NCBI GenBank assembly: GCA_036172245.1
Contig: JAYWIR010000035.1
Coordinates: 310,001 to 374,000, forward strand
Direction: 5' to 3'
DNA length: 64,000 nt
Source: Raillietiella orientalis
Lineage: Eukaryota
Notes under the pieces: model-generated
What the model was told of the DNA's origin: nothing
The model's database searches: none
The model's input: only the letters and a program-made list of their open reading frames with translations
Position numbers and translations under genes: made by a program
Part shown: positions 1-14,420 of the stretch, piece by piece
Position numbering within the stretch: position 1 is the stretch's first letter
Layout of the letters: the number at the start of each line of letters is the position of its first letter

Positions 1-3000
1 AAGAGTACGAGGCATCCAAGAAACAAGGGGTATGAGAACGACTGAAAGAATTGAAAAGAAAGAAAAACATTGCCCTTTAAATCATATAATAATCACTTCG
101 ACTGCCTAGGGCAGCCTAGTCACTTTAAGTAACATGAATGATGAGTAGTAAGCATGAATGAAAGAATGCCATGGGTAAAATCTCTGTTGTTGCTTGCTGG
201 AGACCTGTAATGAATTTGCAAGCCTCAACTGTCATGCAGAACCACTCTGTGGTCCGATATGAAAAAAGAAATTCAAGATAAAGAACGATTAAAAAAAATT
301 ATTGCATATTTGAGGCCTTTATCAGAGTATTGCAGTGTTTCGATGGTCTGCCATAGAGATTCGGAGACTTCCGGATCGCGCAGTCATCGAGACCTTTTCG
401 CAATTGTCCGAAAACTTCTTGGAATCCTTCTTGAAGATTTCAAAAAATGATGAGTAGTTGGTTTCATATACCGTCCCAATCTCTTTGCTTCTCCCCTATA
501 ATTGTTCCACGTTTATGAATGCAATTTTTTAACGAAGGAAACTCATTTCCAATTTTTTTTTTTTCATTCGGTTTCCTTCGAGCCCTTTGCCAGCACTGAC
601 AGCTAGAGTTGGATACTTAACTAACAGTTGGACCCTTGAAATCAGGAGGCATTCGTGTAACGTAGAAAAAGAAAAATACCAATAAAAAAAAGAAATTAGT
701 TATTCTCAATTTTAAATTAAAAGAGCTGCTATTCGTTGTACATAAGGCTATGGCTCGCAGCGCATCCCTTGAATGGACATGCAGCCCGTTGCCACAAATA
801 AGTGGTCTGTCTGATAATGTTCTGCGGAAGAATGCCATTTTCTGTGTTTGAGTTCAATGACGTGTCTGTTCATGACGTAATCATCCGAGATCCTGAGTAC
901 CGTCATAAACACTTGGCATACATGGGAAACAGACTAATCAGGTCAAACCTGAGTGTGGAGAACTGGAGGCCAGCTCAGTTTTCTGTCTTCGCTGAAGAAC
1001 CCTGAAGCCTGAAGACACCTCAAGCGGTTGTGTCGCGGGTGCCTCAGGATTTTTTTCTTTCCTTGATTTGCCTTTTCCTCGATTCTAACAAGATTTGTCA
1101 GAGGCGCGATTATTATCTGATTTTCACGAGTTATTTATTCTCATCTATAAAGTGGAAAATCCATCTAACCGTCCAGCGATCGGATTTGATTTAATTCCGT
1201 CACAAATTCTTTCGTATCAGCTGCAAGTCAATTTACGGCCGTATGAACTCAGATTTCAATAAATAAATGCAACAGATGTAAATTCGCTAAAAATTCCAAA
1301 GTTCCAAAATAAGCAATTACTACGTATTTCTAAAGGGGGGGGGGGAGGGAAGAGCATATTTAGAATTATGTATAATTAATAAGTTCTGAATGAAATCAGT
1401 ATTCTTGTGAGAACATCAAGCCTTGCTGGTTGACTTTCTGACCTTTGGAGAATCTGTGAAATAGATTGGTTATCACGAAACTGCGAACCTACGTGATTCA
1501 GTTCACCATAGAACGAGATCCCGAATGATGGATGTATCTGCCATCCTAGCATCGTTGCACGCTCATAGATGAAGATTCAGCTCACCAACTCTCCTTCACT
1601 TGGTGTTCGACAACACTGATGCCATGCTTGTCATGCGAAACACTAGGAAAACTTCACAGAAGATCCGTCGTTCGAACTCTAGCTGCTTCCGGGATCTCAA
1701 TGCGTTCATCATCGTTCATCATTTGTGCGTCGGGAATGGACTTCGAGAAGAGTTTGCTAGATGAAGCTTCCCAAATTCTTGAACGAGTGCCACACATTGT
1801 TTTTCAAGGCCAATATTGCAAGTTTGGGTTGCATATTTTTTACTTTTTTTTCCTGGTGAGATGTGAAGTAAGCAAGACTTTTCCTCGAGGTGCTCAACAG
1901 AGCTTAACCAGAACAGAGAGCAAGAGCAGGTTTAGATGCGTAAGGGCAGCTGATTGGTAGACGGAGGCAGGATATTTGAGATTCTGATTTGCATTTCCGC
2001 ATCAGAAAACTGTTTCTCTTGCTTTTGCATGAAGGGGAAAGCTATAGCGAGAGCTTCTTGAGGATCTGAATGGATGCACTGGTCTTGAGCTGCAGGTTTG
2101 AAATGAATCTTCTGAGAAAAGTCCATGACGAATCTGGCGCCAGCTTTTGTCGCTTACTGATTTTGCAATCTTACGTATCCTCTCAACCCTTAGTCTTCCA
2201 TCCATCAGAATCCAGCTTTGAACTCTGACTATTTCACGATCTCAGAGACCTGAAGGAAAAAAAAAAAGAAAAAAAAAGACCTATTCGGCGTACTGCCATT
2301 TTGTAATACGGAGTGGTTTTCGTATGTGAGCGCAGATTGCTGGTGACTGCATTCCATGCTCCTCCTTAATTTGAATCTGTGATTTCCAGAAATGTCATTG
2401 ATGTTGAAACTGTGTTCATCATCCTGATATTTGGGATCCCTGGTGGTGCCTATGTAGTTGAGGAGGGATTGGAATCTCCTTACTGTAGCATGCCCACGTC
2501 CTGTATCTTCTCCCCCAAATAAAGATGCATTCCTCCTTTTATAGAGATGAGCATACGAAAACTATCTGGGATTATGTTTCCGAATCAGCGAAGCTCTGAA
2601 ACGCACCCGATTATTGCGAACAAGAACACGCACGGTTCTGGAAGACATTATCCAGAATCTTATCGGTTCCTGTTCGTCCTGACATCGTTTCCTGGAACCA
2701 CCTAATCATTCAGATCTCTGAACGACGGTCTCCTTTTCTGGTATTATTCCTGTAGCACTTGAGAAGGCAGTATCTGCGACGGAAACAGGCCCGACGCTGG
2801 TTCCCATGGTGGTCAATGTGGTATACAGACATAGAGGGACCAGAATATGAACGAGGGCTACATCTCAAACCTACTTTGGTGCTTCACATTTTCCGCCTCC
2901 ATTAATAGCATCGTGCATTGATAGCAAGAATAACAATATTCCTTCTGCATGTTTCTGCTCCTGCAACCGTTAGCACATTTTACAGCTTTAGAAACCTAAC

Positions 3001-4649
3001 TTCAGACCCTCTAATGTTCCTGTGAACGGAATTGCTGGAAACTTGAATCCTCAAGTTCAGAAGTGCGCTTGGAGCTTCATCATTGGCAACGGGAAGTTTA
3101 GGATAGTGGACCTGGACTTAGAAGGGAATGTTTCAGGAACCAAACTTTCGGCGTTCGAAACGTCACTCCTTTGAATTCCCTTGACCTTCCAAGTTCTGAA
3201 TCGAAAGCAATGGTTGGATTGTTTTTGTCTGTCAATATCCAAATAAAATATCAGTTTACTACTTTGTGTTTTTTTTTCTTTTTAAATCATTTTTGTATTT
3301 TCGTTTAGACACTGCTTTTGTAATGTGAAAAACTGTGCAGGATGAGGAACTGTGCACATTACCTCAGTTTCTCAATTATCTGTTTCAGCTCGGATGCAGG
3401 CTCTGCGTGGAAGAGAATCCATATCTCCAGGAATCCTTTTGTTTACTTTGTAAAGGATGTGTACTTTGGCGATATATCTAGGAAGGTTAAGTATTGCTCC
3501 CTTAGAAACCCTTCCTAGTATTTGCTCTATGAAGTCACAGCTAGCAAGTATTAGGTGGAGTAAATTTGCCATCCTTATCAATGCTTCTGTTCCATTGACC
3601 TCTTTGGATGGAAATAGATCTCCTTGTTCGAGTGCTAGGTATGTGACCAGCTTTCTGCTCCATTACAATCATCACAGTTCGGTTGCGACTGGATTTAGCA
3701 AGATGAAATCTCGCCATCAGACGCCTGAGCTTTCAATCTCATTTCGAACATTCCACCACCGAAATTGCCACATGCAGCTGGTTTCAGGAAAAGCTTTTCC
3801 CGCTCCCTGAAAAAACGAAAGATACCTGAAACTTTAGCGAATCCGGTGTCTCTAGAGAGAAGATCTTGAAGACAAAAAGATAAACAGCCTTACGATGAGT
3901 TGCCTCCCATTCAACAGGTTTGAGGAGCTGACCGTTGGATTTGCATTCGTTGTCAGCGCTCATGTTTTTTGGCTATAAAGCTTCATGCACCTTGGATGCT
4001 GCGATCTCTAGAACAAAACGTGGGAATTGAGAAATTTGCGCGTTAATAACGGTTGGGATCCTTCCTGTTATATCACACAATGTGTGTGTGTGTGTGTTTT
4101 TTGACTTGATGCAGTCAAACAGCAACACAGGTATTCCTAGAATTCGAGGTTTATGCGTGCGAGTGATCCATCAAAGCAGCTATATTACGCAGCAGAACTT
4201 AGATTTTCTCAAGCTGTGGACGAACGTTAATGCCTCTGGTGGAAACACGCTCTTTTTCAGATGGACCAATTTCATTTAAGTACCTATAAGTAGAATTCGT
4301 GTGCGACTGGGATCGACGAAAGAGAAGTCTGAATATACTATCAGATCCTTATTCCCCTTCACTTTTCCACATTTGATATGCAGCCATTGGCTAATCTACA
4401 AGAAATGAAATATAAAACGGTTGTTGCATAAGGAAAAAGACGCTCGTCGACTGGTTCTTGACGAAGTGTCGAGTTTTTTTGTGACTTTATTTTGATGATG
4501 TGCTAGCTAAGCAGACCAGATCCTTCTCGTAGAATGATTTTTGCTTCACATCCATTGCAGCTTTCTACGGGGACGTACAGTATATCGATTATTATTCCTT
4601 ATTAGATGCTACGTTTGATGCGACTTCCACTGCTGAGGAAAGCCCACAA

Positions 4650-6700
4650 ATCTCAACTGTTATCCTAATTCTTTGAATTCCTTTTCCACATGCAAAGTTC
4701 ATAGAGTTAAGCGTTCAGGAGCGGATTAGAATCCTCGTTGCAACGGGACGTTTCTTTAGTAGCAAGAGTCCATGGTCACGTGGATAGGAAAGGGATGGAC
4801 ATTAAGCCGTAAAGCTTCTGAACTCTACTTGAGGATCCAATTTTCCATGCGAACCACATCCACGTGGTGACAAATTAGAATCTAAAAGATCCAGTAGGTG
4901 GCCTAGGAATCAGTAGCATCCGGAAAGCAAGTTAGAAGATCGCAATCATTAAATGACTGCCCAACATTCCATCTAGAGATATTTATCGTTTTTGCACGCA
5001 TGCTGCTGTCGTAAGAATTACCAACTAATTAACAACGTTGCGCTTTTATGTATTGAAGCTGGCCTTATCGACTAGCATAGAAAGAAAAATTACATTAGAA
5101 ATGTCAACCTTCAATTTTTTTCGTATTTAAGCTCATATTATGTTTTGCCGCGAAAGCTATTGTAAAGGTTGTGATTTGCCCTTTGCATCCATTAAGCACA
5201 AAAGGATGCTACTAGCATTAGGAGTCATTTTTTTTGGTAACCTTTGGAAGGTTTCCTCTGCTTTGAGCACGCACTGAATGACTGTTTAATAGCGTCATAG
5301 GAAATGTTCTCTGTCAACATAAAGTCTCAAATACTCCGATAACATCTCTATTATCAATTGGTGTCAACGAGTACTTTCAACTAGATGTTTTAAAGGACAA
5401 AAAATCCATGTGTTTACATGAGCACACCCACTTGATCGGCACAACGATCGTATCGAACATCCAACGAAATGCTGAACCACGGAAACGTTGCCAGAAAAAT
5501 TTTTTTCTTGCTTTTTAAGAAGAAAAAAAAATTATATCAGGCACTCTTTATTCGTTTCCTGTCAATGTGCTTCTTAGTCGGAGTATGTGCCACGTTACAG
5601 AGAGATTATGATCGTGATTATTCGCAATTTGTGCACTTTAGCTTTTCATTGCAATTTACAATCCGTTTCCCTATTTCAAAAAAAAAAAAAAAAAATGTCC
5701 ACCTTCGGTGCACTTGTTAGCTAATGGAAAATCTGGCGTTTCTTCAAGAACTGTATTTGCCTGTATGCGATGTATGACCTGTGGTTCATGGAATGGCGGA
5801 CCGCCCAAGACCTCTCCCTACGGAAGTCTCTGGATTCTGCCATTTTTCAACAGGCGCTCTAAACGATGTCAGTCGAAACACTTTCGTCCATCAACCGCAT
5901 TTAGACACAGGCATCGGATAAACATGGGTTCCCAGAGCCTCGATCAGATATCATACAATCCTACAGTATGTTTGGTGGGGGCTGAAAGTTGATGTGGGTT
6001 TCATTCCTATGTTTCCTTTCTGGTTTTTTTATTTTGGTGTGATTTCCTTGGGGTCCAAAGGCAAAAAAAAAGGAGTGGAATGTCGTGAAAATTCTTCTCT
6101 TTGATTTGTCGCTTTCTGTTTTGCAATTCAGACGAGCTTTTGATTTCTTCAAATCTCTCCGAGAGATGACTGGACTTTGCCAGAAGGAACCATACAACTA
6201 AACACATTTTAACCTATTCAACGAACTAGGAGACTGTCTGAAATGGTTCATGAACCTGACCTACAGGCAACTCGACCGACCCTAAGAGGAACACAGAGTT
6301 TCCCGTTCTTGAACGAAGGTTCTTGAATTGTCAGCCATGCTTTGAACTACACTGCGTGGCTGGGAAATCAACGACAAACAATCGATAGGAGAGGTGGCCT
6401 GTCTTGATACAGGCATTCCTAAGCCCTACGATCACGTTACCTTTCGAGGTTTCGTATCCCCCCACTGCGGGCAGCGAAACCTCGAGAGGATTCCTCGCAG
6501 GCTCTGAAAGAAGCGGGGAAGACGCTCCTCATGGAGGCCGAGGCCATGCCGCAGTGAAAGAAGTACAGAGAGACCATGGGAATTTTCGGCAAGTGGTCCT
6601 TGTCCTTGGAATGGAAAGTTCGTGGGCAATGCCGATGCTGAGTTTTCCTTCTGTCCTGAATGAATTAGGACAGCCGGGAACAATGCAAACCCATTAACAT
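4650..6700 (+). mobile_element. Highly decayed R2-like RLE non-LTR retrotransposon (thumb to endonuclease)
   Basis: Motifs in the expected order: ELSVQERIRIL (4704), PIFHA...GGLGIS (4837-4914, same frame with one stop), RHRINM (~5915), LCQKEP/TTKHIL (~6180-6215), VACLDTGIP/ITLPFE (~6395-6450), KKY, VLGMESSW...VLNELG (~6600-6670). Confidence 0.55.
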
Positions 6701-9700
6701 TGCGAATGTATTGTTGCAATCCTTATCGGGTATGTCGGAGCAAATTACCAAGCAACCCCTGAGTAAGATGAATCGACTCAATGCTGAGCAGGGGATTTTT
6801 TTTTTCTTCTAATCTGGCAAAAAAGCGCATCATTTCGCATGCCTTGAGCGGACTTCGCACTGCTGCACGCGTTTCCTCCCGCCGAGGCAGAATTTCTTCC
6901 GGTGGGATGAGAAAACGAAGAATCCCTTTTCTCAAGGATCAGCCGACACGTGGTTCTTTCTGTTTCCCTGGAAACGCTTCCATGTCCGAAATGTCCGTAA
7001 TTATGGAGGTAACCGTTTGCCGCGAAGCTACGGTAGGAAGGAGGAACAGAGAAAAACCCAACTTTCTTGCAGGAGGGGCTCTCCAGAGCTCCAAGTTTAC
7101 CCGGATACCTTTTTGTTTATCGTCACTGTCCCTCGGAGCTCGGAAGAGCCAAAGATCTCAATCTTGAGAGAAGATGCGAAGATTTCGAGGAAAATTTTTT
7201 CTTTAACCTTGGCTTTCAGTCAACTGCGGACAACCCAGTCGGACTCCTCTTTGGCTGCAAAGCAAGAAGGAAAGAGGATGCTGGACTGTTGTTAGTGAAG
7301 GAATACAAAAGAGAGACGTGCTCGTTTGAAGAGATCCATCTCGGATGCGACCGCTACATGTTACACACCTTCCTTATGAAAGGAGGGCAGCATCCGGTTT
7401 TTTTAAACGGGAAGTCTAGTCGCTTTCCGATTGCTATCCTTGGAGGAGGAAGAACGCGTTAACTTTCGATTCATTTTTCGTTTGGCGATCCTGGAGAGAG
7501 GAAAAAAAAAAAAAAAGATGGGGATAGTGATTTCGCTCTGATGTTTTCTGGAGTATGGGGGAAGAGAGTAGAGGAAGAGTTGGAAAACCGGTGAAATGCA
7601 GATCTTTGCCGAGAATGGGTTTCGTCTGGACCGGAAGTGCAGTGCTGAGGAAGGAGGCTTGACTTTGCGATTCTGGTCCAGACAGAAAAAGTTTTCTGCG
7701 CAGTAGAATACGTTACGCGATGGTCACACTTCATCACATACTCTGACGTGTGGAAGGAAAAGGAGAGCTGAGAGAAAAAGAGTCGGAAATACGCGATTTG
7801 ATATGCACGGCTCATTCCGGATTAGAAGATTCCGGGTCCAGATCATTCGAGAGATGCGACAATCACCCCAAAGGTTAAATTGCGCTCAGCGCTCTCCGAG
7901 CAGCATCCGAGTCGTGCTGCCTGCCAGGAGAACCACAACCGGCTTCCTTGCCCGGAAGTTTTCAGCTTTCCTTCCTGTATCTACCGCTCTTCTGCAGCAC
8001 CTCTCGAGCGGCGGGTGCAAGGAGGAGGTGACGGAGAAATCGCACCCTGATGAGGAAAGGAGGATAGAGAGCTCATCTTTCCTCGAGCAAAGAAGACCAG
8101 ATTCTTCGGTGCGAGCTAATGGAGACGCTTGGGGAAATCCAGAGCGCCCCGCTGGACTGACCGTGGCAGCAGGAACAGCGATACCCTCAAGCGGGATGCA
8201 TCTTGTTCTTCGACCAGAAAAGCATAGGGATCGACTTACAGGAGAATGGGAAGGAGTGAGGCGAGCGATCGTGAGGAAATGGAAGCGCCTCGGAGGACGG
8301 TCGCTCGGACATCGTCCGCGGCCGTCCTCCGAGCTGAAGGGACCGACCCGGCTTCCTAGGGATCTCGACTTTTCCCTTCTCTCCTCGATTTCACCTTCAT
8401 TCCCTTCCTTTTCGGCGCCTGGGGGGATCAGGGTGGAGGGGATGAAGCGATAGGGATGCCGCCTGCTCCAATCCCTCCACCGCCCGTCTCAAAGCTCATC
8501 TCCGCTCGATCTTCGAGAGCGGAGATGAGGCGAGGTACAGCCGCCTCGGGTTGCCCTGCTCGGAAGGATGGGTTTCCGAGAGACGACTGCTCCCAGCGGG
8601 GTACTTGGCTCTAGCTGGGCGCTTCCGGAGCGAGATATCTCTGATCCCGGACCTGTGAATTCGAGCACCGAATTCACAGGTCCGGGATCTTGCTTTGGAT
8701 CTCACCTCAGACGAACGCAAAAGCAGGTACCTAGAATCCATCCCCATTCGCACGGACTGTTCGCAGCTTCTCCCAGACGCAGCATCGTTCTTCCCGAATA
8801 AAAACAAAAACAAAAGAAGAAGAAAAAAAAAGAAAAGCAAAGAAAGAAAGAAAATGAAAAAGAAAAATCGACCACAACAAACATCCTCATCTTTGCTCAG
8901 CATCCTATTCTTGAAAGGATAGGGTCAGTACTCACGCTGAGCTCTCGCATTCCTCTCCGTTCGGAAAATGATGAAAGATGCTGTGTGCTTGGGAAAAGTC
9001 AATGAATACGCAAGAGAGGCTCAATTACGATTTACTACTTATTCTATTATCAGTGTTTCTGTTGCACGTGCGGGTATGTAGGACACGTCCTGCATCACTT
9101 CTCATAGATCTGTGCGGTCATGTCCGAGGGCCGCTGATCCGGAAGGCTGGTCGCAGTGGAGCAGGAACCTGAAGGATTGAGCTGCTGGGTGTCTCGTTTC
9201 CCGAAAGCTCCCTCTCCCCGTTTGCTCTTTCGTTTGCGTGTCTCCGGAAAAACCCTGCAGGAGCTTTCCCCTTCACTTCGCGGCGGTCGGCGGACATCCT
9301 TCCGTACTGGGAGGCTTCCAGCGCCAACATCGCCCGCGCCACGTGGCGAGGAAAGGGAGCTTCTTATCGTGGACTAATTATTGATGCATTTTTGTTTGTT
9401 TATTACACTCCAATCGCTCCCTCTGAGGGGTGCTGTGCAGCGACGGCGTACATCGCTACGAGTGGAGCTGATCCACTGGGAATCCTCCTTTCTCCGAGTG
9501 GGCCATTTATTCGTTTCGGTAAACAAACGCCGAGGGACAGGACAGTGGAAAAAACATCCATTTTTTCCGCTTACTTTCGCATATCACAGGCGACTGATTC
9601 CGAACCACCGTCTGGCGCCGTTTTCTTCGCACTTGAATCCGTGGCCATAGGGGGAGCTGGAACGAGCGGACCCGTCGATCCCATAGAGAGAGAAAATTTC

Positions 9701-10999
9701 ATCAGGGGGGGGGGGGGGAAGCACTCGCTCACTCAATCTCGAAAGCTGTCAAGTTCTTCGCAGGGCTCGGTGTCTGCTGGCGCAGCAGCTGCGCACCATG
9801 CGACAACGGCGACGCATTTGGCGAGCCGCGCCTTGCGCAAACCGCTCGTTCAAGGCACGCAGCTCCGTCAGGCGCGCGGAGGGGCGACGGCGCCGCCTCA
9901 TCGATCGCAAAAGCCATGGGGTCAGTCCGTGTCGCTGCCGCTTGGGCAGAGCGAGGAGGCAAAAGGGCGGCGGCGGAAATGGGAAGCAGCTCCCGGGAGC
10001 TCCTCGCTGCTGTCGCCTGCCTAGTCGTGCGATTGACCGAGCGGGAGATTCTTGGAGGCGGCAGGACCCGACAGAAAGAGCCGTACGCCGTTCCCTGCCT
10101 CGCGCCTATCGAGGCGATCCTTCCGTGCCCATCCTCAGCGTGCTCTTCCCGCCCCAGGCCAGCCTGAGCTGCCGATGCAGCGCGGAGTGGACGTGTGTGA
10201 GCCGCTCCCCCTACTGCACGCGCGCGCGTGCCCCGCCTCTGGGGGATAGGTCGCCTCGGCCACACCCTGTCCTTCCTGTGTCCTCATCGAACCACAGGCA
10301 CACCCGTTGACGCCGAGCGTGCGAAATAAGCGGAATGGCGGTGGACCGGCTCCGAAGGGTTACCGGAAGAAACTTTCTGGAATGTCGTTCTACGGCTGGC
10401 TTTGCCGGGAGACGAAGAAGCCTCTTTTGCGGCGCGGAACTCCTGGTTTCCTCAGGGAAAGAAATCATGGGAGAGGGAAGGGAAGGAAATCAGACGGAGA
10501 GCGCCGCGCGGCTGCACGCGCGTGGCGGCGGGACGCGCGTTCCCGTGAGACTCTCCGTGAGAAAGGAGGAGCATCTCGTCTGCTTCCTTTTCGACCTTTC
10601 GGCTCTCCGGAGCCACTCGGGTGCTCTTCCACGGTTCTTCTGACCAGTCCGCGTGGAGTTCCCGGATGCGCGCGCGAGGGTGAGGTAGGGGGTGCCACTC
10701 CGTTCGGTCGATCCTATCCAGGGAATGCTTCGCTCCCCACTTGTTCCCCAAGCCGAAAAGGGCGCTCACGTGGATCCTTGAGATTCTTGCTCATTCCGTG
10801 AGCTGCACCCATTATCGCTGACCCCATCTGGGGGTTATCTCGCCTGAGCCTGCGGGGGCCGGCTGCTTTATGGTCGGGGCCGAATCTGGGCTTTATCGTC
10901 CATCAGTCCGCGTTGCCTCACCTCGGCATCGGCGCCAGCCCATTCCAGGCACGCGCCTTCGCCTCGAGCAGTCACCTCTCCGGAGCAACAACTGCTGCG

Positions 11000-12420
11000 G
11001 CAGGGGCGCGGTCCGCCCTGTCCGGAGACAGGGGGAAAGCAGGAACAGCCGAACAATCATCCAAAAAAAAAAGGGTCCTCGCATGACCCCCTCCAGGAAT
11101 GTTACCTCCACGTCCTTCGGGTCTCCGTCGGGCGATGACGGTCCGGCGTCCTCAAAGCAAGAACCAACCCCAGACCCAGTCCCAAGGAGCTGCCTGCTAC
11201 TCGTTAGCTCTGCTTTCTTTCCTCGACGAAGAGACGGTAAGGCTCTGGAAGAAGACGATCCAGACGGATGTTCCTTCCAAAGAGGACCTCTCGATTACAC
11301 GACGGCCCACCCAATCTCCTGGAGCGTACGCTCATCCTTACCCGCCAACTCCTTCTCCTCTTCCTCTTCCCTTCCTCCTGCTCTTCCTCCTAATCTTCCT
11401 CTTTTCTTCCTCCTCTGTTGCTGCCGCCACGTTCCTCACCAATTTGTTTATCGAAAGACTGTAGGGAGGCGTCTTCCGGCGTAGCGAACACTCCGGCTCC
11501 TTTAGCAGGGATGGTGGGTGACCTCGATTGATCGCGACCCATCCTGCTTTTGGGCCTTTGACAGGCTCTTCCTCATCGGATAGCGCGAGCTCCCTTTCGC
11601 GGGAACAGCGACCGCTTGCACCTCGCGCCCAGAAACCGAGGGTGCGGAATGGCACCTTCTCTTTGAGAATGGCAGCTTAACTTTGGCCTGCTAGCCACCT
11701 TGGCGGAACTGTGCGTCTTCGGGTCTTCCGCGGTAGTCGGAAGACCCCACGGCAGGTTCGCGCCGCGTGGCAACACCGGCAGGAATCGCCCCATCTCTGC
11801 CTCGGGACGCGACACACTCGCGCGGCCGTCGCTCTTGCCGGACATCCCGCCGGAAGAGAGCGGGAAAGAGTTGTTCCCCTCTCCCTGCAGGGTAACTCTG
11901 CGGCTGCTCCTCCTTCCTTTCACTCTTCCTCTTCCACCTCTTTCACTCTTCTACTTTCTCTTGCATCGTCTCCTCTCCTTGTTCTTCTGTCTGTCCCTGA
12001 GGAGAGTTCGGTTGATGGTCATGGGCTGCCTGCACCTCTGTCTTCCTTTGCTCTGTTTTTCCTGATCATCCTTTACAAATGGTTCTGAGATGGTTGGCCT
12101 AACCACATTTTCGGCACTCGATGGAGAGGCACCCTTTCTTAAAGTGGCCCGTTTCATGCGCCCTTTCTTGCCCACGCACCTTAAGGTGGCGGGGACTCTA
12201 TGCGTCTGCAGCACGTAGGACAGTCGCATCCGGTCCAGCGCACCATCCAGCGCACCTCAGCGCCCGACTGCGCTTCCAAGCCCTAATGAACGTCTTCAAA
12301 ACCCACCACAGGAATCGGCTTGAGTCAGGTGGCGCGCACGTCGGGATGCTCCTCAAGGACCGTCGCCATTCGCACGTCTTTAGCCTGAAGCGGATGCCCG
12401 TGAGGCCGTCGAGAGAAAAA
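11000..12420 (-). mobile_element. Decayed LINE ORF1 (gag-like) with CCHC zinc knuckles and a low-complexity tail
   Basis: Reverse translation ETGHFKKGCLSIECRKCG*ANHLRTIC at ~12070-12160, followed by K/E/R-rich sequence with stops. The left boundary is approximate. Confidence 0.6.
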
Positions 12421-12500
12421 AGCCTTCTAGCCTCCCAGGACTAGGGGCATACTCAGAAAGTGCTAGGCACCGCATCTCTACCGGAGTTCACACCCGGGTG

Positions 12501-14420
12501 CGCCAGGGCGTTTATTACCAGAATAAACATCCATGTGTAGGGCCATAGGCCCTACACATGTAGTCCCAAAACAAACTCGGAACTTTCCGAGTGACCGGCA
12601 CGCAGGCTCTCAAGGGTCGACTCGGCAGCGGAGGGGCAAGGGACAAACAAAAACAAAAAAAGAAAAACACTATTTACAAAAGCAGGGGGGCCGGGGAAGG
12701 GATCACTTTCCGCTGAGGGCCGTCCTCTACATCCTTTTCAGGATTCGACAAGTTCCATCCGGTTACGTCCCAGATGGGGCAATCCGGCTGCCGTCCTCAG
12801 GAAGTCCAAGGAGAAGCAGATGGCGTCCTTATCGTGCTGTTCACCAGTGGCGTTGCTCCAGGCCGCCACAATCCCACGTAGGCAGCAAAGGGCTGTTAGA
12901 GCTGCGGCAGGCGAAAGGGCGTAGCGCACAAAGAGGCGCTTGATCACGTCACTGGGAGTGTTCAAAGGTGCACCTAGGACCGTTGCAAAACGCAACCACA
13001 GGGGTCGGAGGGCAACACAGTCAAGAAGCAGGTGCGGGAGGGATTCTCGTGCCCCGCACCTGACACAATTCGGATCCACTGCCCCCTTCGTCCAGTGAGA
13101 TCGGCGGGCGTTGCTAGGGAGTCCCCAGCGCAATAGCAGACTCAGTGCCGACTCCTCACTTCCGGGTGAGGGCCCGGGTATTCCTCAGCACTGAGGGCCA
13201 CTCGAGTTCTTCCAGAGGGATGCTCAGTAGCTCGTCCCGGCGCAATAATCCCTTCGGTGGGGCCCTTGGGGTCGCAGCGTCAGTTGGCTGGCCCATGGTC
13301 CAACCATCTTGTTCTCTCTCTCTTGCAGAGACCCTACATTGGACCTCCCATTTCGCCGGCTGGATACTGCCCAAATGCTCCCTGAGGTAGGGCAGAGCCA
13401 CAGCTAGGGAAGTCTTCTCGGCCCAAGCATGCGAGACGCGCTGCGCGATCACGTCCTGCAGGGAGCGGCTGTTGTAAAAGGAGTGCAGCAGTCGCTCCGC
13501 AACTCCGGGCACGCTTCCTTGTTCTGGGCCCATGTGCGGAGGTTTTTCTGCAACCAGGCAGTACCATTCTTAGGCCGGCAGGAGATCCAGGTGTTCATCC
13601 TGGTCAGCTTGGCCACGCGCCGAAGCTCCACTCCGCAACGGAAGAGGCGCCGACGTTGGCGGCGCGCCAGAAGGTAGACAATCCCGCGCAGCCGCTGGCT
13701 CGCTGGACCAGGTGTCGCTCAGGTTCGCACCAACAGGTGATCCATAACTCACCACTAGGGCTTAAGTCCTCAACTGGAGCTGCAGCTCCAGCTGCTCCAG
13801 CCTCAGGAGGCCGAGGCCTCCGTCGCGACGCGGAGCGCATAAGTCCTTCAGGCGGACTCGGGGCCTCCCTCTGTCTCAAAGGGCGATTCTCAGAAGGTCC
13901 TTCGCCCGCTTCTTTACACCTCTCGGTGGGGAACAAACAAAAAGTAAGGGGAGAAAAAGGGAAGCCACGAGCGTGTTGCACACCGTGGCCCGTTCCGGCC
14001 TATCTCTACCGGAGGGCTCCCATGAAGGACGCTTCCCGAAGGGAGCAGCGCGCTTCTTAGATTCTGAAGAGGAGGTATCGGCTAGCTCCATGGAACAAGA
14101 TGGAGATTCTCTTCCTAAAAGGCAGGGGGAGGAGACAGCTTCATCTTCACAACCGGAGGGGGGGAGCCCTGGAGGGCTCCTCAATTCCTGGAAGGGACTC
14201 CAGAGCGTCTGCTCCCAATCCCGGCCGGTCAGCGGGGACATTCGGTTTCCACCAGTGCCGCCCCCGAAGCCAACCGGTTCGGAGGACCTTCGGGGAGAAC
14301 TTGAAAACCTACGACCCACCCCCTGTTCTCGGCGCCGATCCTCCACGTGGGGATTCGAACCTGCAGCGCTTGGTACAGCGCGCGGAGGCCACAGCTACGC
14401 CGCCGCCAACGCAGGCGTGC
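12501..14420 (-). mobile_element. Internally deleted L1/Tx1-like non-LTR element, copy 1 (tRNA-like head + 3' part of ORF2 + structured 3' UTR)
   Basis: ORF2 remnants LCAPRRDGGLGL (~13800-13850) and C-terminal zinc motif CVRCGARESLPHLLLDC (~13015-13067); B-box GGTTCGAATCC at ~14351-14361; colinear homology with 48722-50400. Confidence 0.85.

Noticed and set aside
98..125. Helitron 3' end (ctgcctagggcag hairpin + CTAGT)
   Set aside because: The hairpin is very short and almost abuts CTAG; no supporting 5' end or second copy.
1300..3700. RTE-like and Penelope-like RT relics on the minus strand (e.g. YLTFLDI)
   Set aside because: Single weak motifs only; not enough ordered evidence to call.
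7803..11484. Long ORFs of 200+ aa in the ORF track (also 13973-14698, 46316-47128, 54271-55035, 57665-58519)
   Set aside because: Overlapping R/S/P/G-rich frames expected in GC-rich repeat DNA; no recognisable domains.
14340..14420. Functional tRNA gene (also 50320-50400 and 14930-15012)
   Set aside because: A B-box is present but D and anticodon arms do not form and T-stems are mismatched; treated as tRNA-derived heads.
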